In this document: positions 18,014 to 25,450 of the stretch, one piece after another
Numbering within the stretch: position 1 is the stretch's first letter
How the letters are laid out: every line of letters starts with the position of its first letter
Assembly (NCBI GenBank): GCA_039815185.1
Contig: JBCBZT010000050.1
Location: 1 to 54,441, forward strand
Direction: 5' to 3'
Length of the DNA stretch: 54,441 nucleotides
Source of the DNA: Cyanobacteria bacterium P01_A01_bin.123
GTDB taxonomy: Bacteria; Cyanobacteriota; Cyanobacteriia; Phormidesmidales; Phormidesmidaceae
Made by a program: the position numbers and the translations under genes
The notes under the pieces: model-generated
The model's database searches: none
What the model was told of the DNA's origin: nothing
The model's input: only the letters and a program-made list of their open reading frames with translations

Positions 18014-20179
18014 CTAAACAACAGATGGCGTCTCCAAACTGGCAAAGTGTTTTCGTAGTAGGTCATGCATGAAGCGATAACGCCCCCCAACACGCTGAAT
18101 GAAGCGATGATTTTCTGCATGTTCGAGGAACTTTGCATAGTCCCACGGGCTCACACCTGATTGATAGAGCGCTAGGCGTAGGGACAAGTGTTGAAGCGCA
18201 GCACCTAGCCCGACGATCAGCCCGCCAATTAGCCCGCCAATTAGCCCGAAACTCAGTCCGAAACTCAGTCCGAAATTTAGCCCCCCAGTCAGCCCGCCAA
18301 TTAGCCCGCTACTGAGTCCAACACTTAGCCCGACCGTCAACCCGCCACTCAGCCCAAAAATCAGGCCAAAAATCAGGCCGTTCTTTTTTGATTGTTGAAT
18401 TCCTTGATTTGGATATTTCTTGCTATCTAGATCAACTTCAATCCCCTGAAACCCACCAATCAGTCCAACACTCAGCCCGATACTCAAGCCGACACTCAGC
18501 CCGAAAAGCAGTCCATTACTCAGTCCGATACCGAGCCCAGTAATTAGCCCAAAAATTAGCCCGACAATCAGCCCGCCGCTTAGCCCATCACGGGCAAACT
18601 GCTGCCATGAGAAACGCAAAGCTTCTGCCGATTTGATATTATTCAGCCCACCACTCAGCCCGAAAATCAGTCCACTAATCAGCCCGCCAATCAGCCCAAA
18701 AATCAGTCCGTCACTTAACGCCCCAGCCAGCCCGCCAATCAACCCACCACTGAGTCCGCTAGTCAGCCCAACGCTCCAAAGATAACGAGTCCAATCGCGC
18801 TGTCTATCCAACCAAGAGGGCTGCAACCGCTCAATCAGAAACTCCGTTGTACCTACAGCTTCCAATTTCCCCGCCAGCCAAGACAGGTAATGCTGTGTTT
18901 GCTCTAGGCTAGGTGCCTGCCCTGGAGGATAAGCGCCTTGATTATTCAAATCACTGAGCTGCTTATTGATATAGGTATCTAGCAACGCTTCTACACTGCT
19001 AATCGTTTGCCCCTGGTACGCCACCACCAAGATCAGCAGAAATAATGGAGAGCGAACCAGTTCCAATAGGTCAGGCTGGCTTTGCAAGGCATTCCACAAT
19101 GGGACACGATTCAACCGCTGGAGGTAATCTTGAATCTGTTCATCGTCTAACGCTTGCAGATAGATAGCCCCGTTCAAGCGCTTCAAGGATTCATTCTCAG
19201 CTTCGAGGGCTTCATATTCCTTGCGCCGACAACAGACCACCATTGAGAGCGCGTGTATATCCAGAAACGCATTGATCGCCCGAATGCACTTAATCTGCTT
19301 AGCTTTTCGACGCGCTTTGATTTCCTTGGTTGTCGATGCATCACCCCCATCCACCCGTCTCAGCTCATCTAAACCATCAAGTAATGGCAACAGTTGATTC
19401 TGCTGAATCCAGTGCTGAGAAACCACTTTGGGGACGGTGTATTTCTCCAAAAGCTGAGCACTTAGCCAGTCATCAAACGTGCTCTCATCTGCCCATTCCG
19501 AGAGTTCAAAGATGACAGGGATGGGGAGGTCTGGGTCTTGCTGGGCTTTGTGCAGGAGTTCCCTGGCTAGTACCAGCAACTCATTGGTTTTGCCAGAACC
19601 GGGTTCACCCAGAATCAGGAGGCGACCTTGGATGTCGTCTTGTTCAAACAGCCCTAGCGTCAATTGCTCCACCTTGGCAGACTCAGATGGTGTTGAGGTA
19701 TTGAACGTATTGAGCCAGCGCTTAATTAAGGGCTCCGGGGTTAATTCCGCTGGCTCTGGGGGTAAATCACGCTTTCCCACCCGCTGGCGTTGCTCTTCCC
19801 GCTTCAAGTCCATCCGTACCTTGTAATGCAGAGAGCTGTCTAAGCGGATCACCACCTGCTCAAGGACAACCTCAATGAGCTGTCGCCGCAGCTTTTGGCG
19901 TACTTCATCGGTGATCTCTGCTTTCGTAGGGACAAGGTACTTGCGAATGAACTCGATGATTTTGCCCAGGTTGCCTGTCCATGCAGCGATCGCAGCAGTC
20001 GCTAGAGCAATCACCGCAAATCCAGCCATCCCCCAACCTATGACGGGGTTCTGGTTGAGGAAGTTGAGGATTTGCTCTAGCTTGGTGGGCTCAGGTGTTG
20101 GGGTGTCCAGGTCAGCTTGAGCCAGCAGCGTAGTCAACAAGGGCCACATCATCACATCGAGATATCCCACAGCTGCCAT
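18014..20179 (-). CDS. NACHT NTPase with N-terminal TM and C-terminal Gly-rich transmembrane repeats
   Basis: GEPGSGKT, LLDGLDE, GLIFGL/GLSGG repeats, GGRYRFMHDLLRKHF C-terminus; true start may be the ATG near 20152. Confidence 0.9.
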   Translation of the reverse strand: MAAVGYLDVMMWPLLTTLLAQADLDTPTPEPTKLEQILNFLNQNPVIGWGMAGFAVIALATAAIAAWTGNLGKIIEFIRKYLVPTKAEITDEVRQKLRRQLIEVVLEQVVIRLDSSLHYKVRMDLKREEQRQRVGKRDLPPEPAELTPEPLIKRWLNTFNTSTPSESAKVEQLTLGLFEQDDIQGRLLILGEPGSGKTNELLVLARELLHKAQQDPDLPIPVIFELSEWADESTFDDWLSAQLLEKYTVPKVVSQHWIQQNQLLPLLDGLDELRRVDGGDASTTKEIKARRKAKQIKCIRAINAFLDIHALSMVVCCRRKEYEALEAENESLKRLNGAIYLQALDDEQIQDYLQRLNRVPLWNALQSQPDLLELVRSPLFLLILVVAYQGQTISSVEALLDTYINKQLSDLNNQGAYPPGQAPSLEQTQHYLSWLAGKLEAVGTTEFLIERLQPSWLDRQRDWTRYLWSVGLTSGLSGGLIGGLAGALSDGLIFGLIGGLISGLIFGLSGGLNNIKSAEALRFSWQQFARDGLSGGLIVGLIFGLITGLGIGLSNGLLFGLSVGLSIGLSVGLIGGFQGIEVDLDSKKYPNQGIQQSKKNGLIFGLIFGLSGGLTVGLSVGLSSGLIGGLTGGLNFGLSFGLSFGLIGGLIGGLIVGLGAALQHLSLRLALYQSGVSPWDYAKFLEHAENHRFIQRVGGRYRFMHDLLRKHFASLETPSVV

Positions 20180-20237
20180 CCTTGCTTCGAGCCGCCCTCA
20201 ACCTAACTCCTACATATACCTTCTACCCCTATCTTTC

Positions 20238-20259
20238 CAAGTACCTGGGAGGGTGCTTT
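20238..20259 (+). repeat. 22-bp dispersed hairpin motif, copy 3 (CAAGTACCT-GGGA-GGGTGCTTT)
   Basis: Matches the copies at 15624 and 17976. Confidence 0.75.
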
Positions 20260-20364
20260 GGGTGGGGCGATCAGTCTCAGAGGAGGTTGAAGAGAGGTTT
20301 CCCTAAAAATTCTCAATTGCTCCTTACGCTGAGGTTTATCGATTTAACTGAGGTAGGAACTATC

Positions 20365-20745
20365 ATGATGCGGAAAATAATTGCGCTAGTCTTGTTTGCC
20401 GTGATAATTGTGCTCCTGATTCAGCGTCCTTCGGCAGCACAAATAGATGGCGGGCCTTGCGTCATCTCTCAAGAAGGTGTGGAGGTTGGGGCGATATTTG
20501 TCCCAGAGCGAAATCCTGATGCACGGCGTTACAACGAATATTGGTATCTCTTTAGCAACTACTCCTACCCTGGGGCTTCAAATCCCATCGTTACAGAGAT
20601 TCGATGTGGTGGGCCCAAATTCACGAATCAGAGACAATTCAAAAAACAAATGAAAACTGAGCACCCGGACGGTTACCTGATTGAGGTTGCCTCTCATGAG
20701 AAAAGAAGTGGTCCTCGTGCCTCTGGCAACGGTCATTCAAATTAG
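20365..20745 (+). CDS. Secreted hypothetical protein
   Basis: RBS-like GAGGTAGG before ATG 20365; signal peptide MMRKIIALVLFAVIIVLLIQRPSAA; Cys pair. Confidence 0.65.
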   Translation: MMRKIIALVLFAVIIVLLIQRPSAAQIDGGPCVISQEGVEVGAIFVPERNPDARRYNEYWYLFSNYSYPGASNPIVTEIRCGGPKFTNQRQFKKQMKTEHPDGYLIEVASHEKRSGPRASGNGHSN

Positions 20746-20763
20746 TTTTGAGGCTCTCAGGTC

Positions 20764-20803
20764 TTGCCTACTTCCCGTGTCTAAAGGCATGGGAAGTAAG
20801 CAA
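20764..20803. terminator. Hairpin between convergent genes
   Basis: Imperfect IR TTGCCTACTTCCCGTGTCT-AA-AGGCATGGGAAGTAAGCAA. Confidence 0.6.
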
Positions 20804-20837
20804 TGAGATCTACTAGACAGACAGGACGCCGACATTC

Positions 20838-22619
20838 TCATTTTGGTGTCTTAAATGGGTTAGGGGCAAAAGTTGTTTTGAGGCGTAAATCAGAGCGTGA
20901 TAAAAATATTGCCTCGAAAGAGGACTCTTCAAAACCTTTTCCTTTGTCTTCTGTGTTGTGCCATAGGTGCATAATCTTCCCCTCACCGAGTGCCAGTGCA
21001 ATATGCTCGGCCTTGTCGAAGAAAACAATATCGCCTGCTTTCGGCACTAGCCCGTTCTTTTCGTCATAGGGAACTGCGCTGTTATATCCCAAGCTGGCCG
21101 CGATGGTGTCGAAATATGTTTTGGCATCCTTACTAGCTTTCTCATGGACTGCTTTTAACCATTTTTCATCCACCAATTTCGCCTCATACGCAGTGAACAT
21201 AACACCTTCCCAACAATTCATTTGATATTTTCCACTTGATGTCGGGGCATAGTCGGAGGCTTTCGGGTCTTTATCGATCAGGGCGCATATCCATTGAGCA
21301 AAGTTATTTTTACCTTTTTCTCCTTTATCGATTGCAGGCTTATTCTCATTTTTGGGGTCTGGGCCAGAACCTACCCATTCGATATCTGGATAACTCTTAC
21401 CCATCTCCTTTCCGACTGAAGTGAGCTTCTCTGTTGCTTCCGTATCTTCTGCTTCGCGCCCGAGTTTCAACTTGGTTTTGAATTGTTCTATTTCCTTTTC
21501 GGTATAACGGGCTGTCTGATTACGATATTCCTCTGGAACCGGGATATCCTCCTCTTTCCAGTAAGTTGCTGCGATCTTGATAATCGCCTCATCACTCTGG
21601 CCGCCGATGAGTGCGTACTGGAAGTTTTTTATTAACCAACATCGCTTCCAGTAATTTTTTCCCGCCGTTGCTTCAAACTTCGTGGCAATGATCGCTAGTT
21701 CTTTTGCTCGTGTTGATAACTCCTCCGGGATGGTGTCATCTTCTGGAAATTTGCCGTATTTGTTGACGTAGTAACTATCTAGATCAATCTTTTCCAGCAA
21801 ATCCTTAGCCTCTATTTGTCGCTGAATGACAGGAACCAGCCTTAGCGTTGAACTGCCCAAAAGCTTCATGTTGACTTCCGGTTGTGAGTCTGCGCGGGTG
21901 TCTTGCTGAGCTACTGGATGGTTTTGCTGCACCACATGAGTTAACTCATGGGCAATTAGCTCCTGCCCCTTCCGACTCCCCGGCTGATACTCACCTTGCC
22001 GAAAGAACACATCCTGCCCGGTGGTAAACGCCTTGGCGTGAATCGATTGGTTCAACGCATCCGCTTGGGCTCCGGTATGCACCCGCACCTGACTAAAATC
22101 AGTCCCCATTGCCTGCCCCATTGACTGTTGCAGCCCGGTATCCAAGGGCTGACCACTGCCCCGCGACCGATTGATGGCTGACTCTAAATCCGATGACGCT
22201 TCGCCACCTGCTAGCAAGCTTCGCTGCACCTCCGGTAACCAACGCATCTCAGGCGTTCTGCTAATCTGCTCTTCACTTTGAAGAATTAAGGGTTGCCCCA
22301 TACCCACTGCATAGATCTGATCCACCACCTGAGCGGCAACGCGATCCGCTTCACGTTCATACTTGTCATCGACAGCACCTACCGTCAGCTTTGCCTGCAA
22401 GGGATGGCCTACAGGTGAGCTTGGCTCAGACGTAATGGGAAAGGGGTGCCCCTTAGTCAGATCAAATCCCTTTGTGGTTGGCTCTAAACCTTCTTGAGTC
22501 CGAAGCGTTTGCTGACTATGAGTGTTGCTAGGTTGAAACGGGCGTGTTCGCAATAAGGTCGCGGCAGATATCCCTGACATATCATGCTCTGTTTTACGGG
22601 CGTACTGTCGTGCTTTCAT
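20838..22619 (-). CDS. DUF4157 (eCIS core) protein with a putative papain-like/NlpC-P60-fold C-terminal domain
   Basis: LQAKLTVG..DKYEREAD, DFSQVRVHT, AFTTGQDVFF, LIAHELTHVVQQ; C-terminal NCWE...GDIVFF...HIAL. Confidence 0.85.
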   Translation of the reverse strand: MKARQYARKTEHDMSGISAATLLRTRPFQPSNTHSQQTLRTQEGLEPTTKGFDLTKGHPFPITSEPSSPVGHPLQAKLTVGAVDDKYEREADRVAAQVVDQIYAVGMGQPLILQSEEQISRTPEMRWLPEVQRSLLAGGEASSDLESAINRSRGSGQPLDTGLQQSMGQAMGTDFSQVRVHTGAQADALNQSIHAKAFTTGQDVFFRQGEYQPGSRKGQELIAHELTHVVQQNHPVAQQDTRADSQPEVNMKLLGSSTLRLVPVIQRQIEAKDLLEKIDLDSYYVNKYGKFPEDDTIPEELSTRAKELAIIATKFEATAGKNYWKRCWLIKNFQYALIGGQSDEAIIKIAATYWKEEDIPVPEEYRNQTARYTEKEIEQFKTKLKLGREAEDTEATEKLTSVGKEMGKSYPDIEWVGSGPDPKNENKPAIDKGEKGKNNFAQWICALIDKDPKASDYAPTSSGKYQMNCWEGVMFTAYEAKLVDEKWLKAVHEKASKDAKTYFDTIAASLGYNSAVPYDEKNGLVPKAGDIVFFDKAEHIALALGEGKIMHLWHNTEDKGKGFEESSFEAIFLSRSDLRLKTTFAPNPFKTPK

Positions 22620-23054
22620 CGCTAGCCCTCTGAACTCGCGCAGATTGCAGATACATATTTCCAGTATCTGCCACTCGCATCAGGCAAAAGCCGCTATTCA
22701 ACATCTCGAAAGAAAAGGCCGCGATCGCCCGCAAGCGAATCGATTTGTCACAGTCTAATTTGTCAGCAAAAGGTTGCTCTTTATACAAACTGGATAGTAG
22801 CGAGTGAGTTGAGGCACCACATAACGGTCTTCAACATTTTTCAGCTCTAGAACACTAGCTGCCATCTAGAGTCATCGCTGAAATGTTGCAGATTCGCCCC
22901 TCAGTCGCATATTGATGGGCTAGAGGCTTCAATCACAACAATGGCTTGATAAAAGCCCAGATGAATTCCTCAAGGCTAAACTCAGTGCCAAATTGCCAGG
23001 TGGTCATAAACTGAAGCGCTGCAATGAAAAAACTTTACAACTGAGCAACCACAA

Positions 23055-23519
23055 TCAAACCGCCCCCGGCTGATGAAACCTGATCTCACAGAGATAATCG
23101 CCCCCATGCCAATGTCGATAAAGTACGGCCCTGGAGCCATTGCGAAATTCAACTTTCAATCTTTCACAAGATGAAGAATACTGATCACTTCCAGACCAAT
23201 TCAGTTTCGTTACCTCAATAACCTGCTGAACCTTTGCCAACATTGTCCACCCACATGTAGGCACCAGCCCACTTGCCCAAACATCCGTAATCAAATCCTC
23301 AGCATCCACTGATAACCCTTGAGGTCTCAATTCTTCTGGCAATCCAATGGCAGGCGTCAACCGCTGATCTGACCACCAAGCCCACCAGTCCGTGCGATGG
23401 ATGAGTTCTACATCTGGTGTGTAGTGAATTTTTCCAAGTTCAGTCAGGTCAAGCTTTGCCAGTCTCACCGCCTCAGCCCAACTGACCGCAGCATATCGAC
23501 TTGTCAGATATCGCTCCAT
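23055..23519 (-). CDS. Hypothetical protein
   Basis: 154-aa Trp-rich ORF with protein-like composition. Confidence 0.6.
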   Translation of the reverse strand: MERYLTSRYAAVSWAEAVRLAKLDLTELGKIHYTPDVELIHRTDWWAWWSDQRLTPAIGLPEELRPQGLSVDAEDLITDVWASGLVPTCGWTMLAKVQQVIEVTKLNWSGSDQYSSSCERLKVEFRNGSRAVLYRHWHGGDYLCEIRFHQPGAV

Positions 23520-23658
23520 CGTGACTCAACTGGTGAATCCTGACATCACCAGCGCTCAAGTCCTGGAAAATTCCTCAGCGATGCACCAAGACTCACAGTG
23601 TTCCAAATAGATTGAGTTACTGACAACAACCAACTGGTTGAGAAAACCACCTGCGAGG

Positions 23659-24087
23659 CTAAAGCAACTCATTGCTGTTTTCGATATCCGCTTCCATCCG
23701 TGCAACAGCCCGCTCATACACCCGCAGCCCGAGCAACACCAGCCGAATCAGCATCTGATCTGGATGTCGCTGACTCGCTGCCGCCAGTTCCAGAATTCGC
23801 TCCGTTGGAATCTGCTCATTGAACAAAATCAAATTCGCTTCCAACTCGTGAACCAGGCTACGCTTGTGGACTTGAGCATTTTCCCTAAGCTTCTGCCCCG
23901 CAGGTGAGGTGAGCAATAACGTCAAGATTTCGGCTAAAAAGGGCGATCGCTTTTTGTCACCTTCCACTGCACATTGAGCCTCCAGTTCAGCCAGCAACTG
24001 CTTGCTCATGTAAAACGTAGGCCGGGTGGCATCAGGCTGATCTGCCTGCTTGCCAGACTCATCATTAATTTCTTCAGCGTTCACCAT
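23659..24087 (-). CDS. Probable ribbon-helix-helix-type DNA-binding protein divergent from the tra operon
   Basis: RPTFYMSKQLLAELE...KRSPFLAEIL beta-helix-helix pattern; position next to the tra operon. Confidence 0.55.
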   Translation of the reverse strand: MVNAEEINDESGKQADQPDATRPTFYMSKQLLAELEAQCAVEGDKKRSPFLAEILTLLLTSPAGQKLRENAQVHKRSLVHELEANLILFNEQIPTERILELAAASQRHPDQMLIRLVLLGLRVYERAVARMEADIENSNELL

Positions 24088-24423
24088 CTAGCCGAGAATG
24101 CCTAAAACTCAACTAGCGTTATCCTAAGTGCAGAACAAATTAGAAGTAAATATGACTACGACACATTTACAGTAACCTTACAGTACACAAAGTGAGAAAA
24201 AGTAAGACTTCTGAGAATAGTGATTAGAAAAGTGTGATTTAAGCGTACTTATCAAGCTAATTCTTGGCCGATCACCCCTATCGACAATCAATTCGAGCCT
24301 CTGACCTGGGACTAAAACACTTGAACTAAAAGCACTTTAGACAAAGGACATGGTGTAAGAAGCATTAATCCTGAAATAAAGTTAAACCCCCTTGACTCAG
24401 CAGAAAAACTGATCCAATATCCA

Positions 24424-24452
24424 AGTACTACTTAAATCAAGAAAGTAGTACT
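24424..24452. promoter_or_regulatory. Inverted repeat AGTACTACTT-N9-AAGTAGTACT upstream of the tra operon (operator or oriT part)
   Basis: Perfect 10-bp arms in an AT-rich divergent intergenic region. Confidence 0.45.
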
Positions 24453-24575
24453 AAAGCTTTCACTACGCTCAATATCCGCTCCGATATCGATCGCGCGATC
24501 GCTGAACACCAGGCAAATCAGCAAGTGGCCTCTTTGTTCAGTGTTCATCCCATCCCAGATCACGGAGGCAACACC

Positions 24576-25091
24576 ATGAGTTTTCTTCTCGAACTCACCC
24601 AACCTTTCTCAATTTCCAATCATCAAGGCAGTTTAACCCTAGGGCCTTATTGGCTTGGCTTAAGCCTACTGGCAATAACGATTCCAGCAAAGTTACCCCG
24701 TTCTCCTGCGCTGTGCTTGAGGCGATTGAGATTCTCTTCCCCCACTTTTTGGGGACTGAGCGGGTGGCGACTACTGGGTATTGGTCTAGGAACGCTGCTA
24801 TTTGTCAGCATCATTAGCCATGGTCACCCGGCATCAGCCCAACTCTTCGACACTGCCGAATCAGAAGCTGAAAGTATCTTTGGTCAATACCTAGATGATG
24901 ACATTATCGCCTTCCTGTTTGGAGTCCTGCGAATTGTCATTTGGGTTGCCGCCGTTGGCTTTGTCTTTTTTGCCATCTACCAGGCGCAACGGGGTGAGCA
25001 ATGGCAACCCCTGCTGCAAAATGCCTTCATTGTGATTGCTGCGGTTGTGGTGGTTGAGGGGCTGAGTAGCTTATTCTTCGGTTCTAGTTGA
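24576..25091 (+). CDS. Conjugative pilin-like (VirB2-like) membrane protein
   Basis: RBS GGAGG at 24564; long leader ending PASA-Q, then two TM helices; first gene of the T4SS operon. Confidence 0.6.
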   Translation: MSFLLELTQPFSISNHQGSLTLGPYWLGLSLLAITIPAKLPRSPALCLRRLRFSSPTFWGLSGWRLLGIGLGTLLFVSIISHGHPASAQLFDTAESEAESIFGQYLDDDIIAFLFGVLRIVIWVAAVGFVFFAIYQAQRGEQWQPLLQNAFIVIAAVVVVEGLSSLFFGSS

Positions 25092-25135
25092 CGTGGACTT
25101 GATGCCAATCATCAAGCTACATCCAGTGTTGAGCC

Positions 25136-25450
25136 ATGACCACCTCTAAGTCATCGAACTTATTTCGACCCATCAATCAGAGCCTGGGCCAACAGCCCTC
25201 CCTGGGGCCAATTCCCGCTAATCTACTTGCCCCCTCTGGTGTCGTTTTGGTCGGTTGTTATGTCCTTGTACGAATCATTTTTGGGCTAGGGTTTGTTCCT
25301 TTTCTGTTCTTCAGTGTTTGGGGCATTGCCACTTGGTGGGTCGTGGTGGGCGAAAAGACCTGGAAATTCACTCAAAAATTTGTGTCGCCACCCCATTGGA
25401 AACGAGGCCATCTGCCTTATCAACCCCTCTTATCTAAAACCCATGAGTAA
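25136..25450 (+). CDS. VirB3-like small membrane protein
   Basis: FRPINQSLGQQPSLGPIP start, two TMs; overlaps the start of virB4. Confidence 0.6.
   Translation: MTTSKSSNLFRPINQSLGQQPSLGPIPANLLAPSGVVLVGCYVLVRIIFGLGFVPFLFFSVWGIATWWVVVGEKTWKFTQKFVSPPHWKRGHLPYQPLLSKTHE

Noticed and set aside
25293..25442. N-terminal extension of VirB4 in the ORF track
   Set aside because: Overlaps the VirB3-like gene; ATG 25443 fits translational coupling better.
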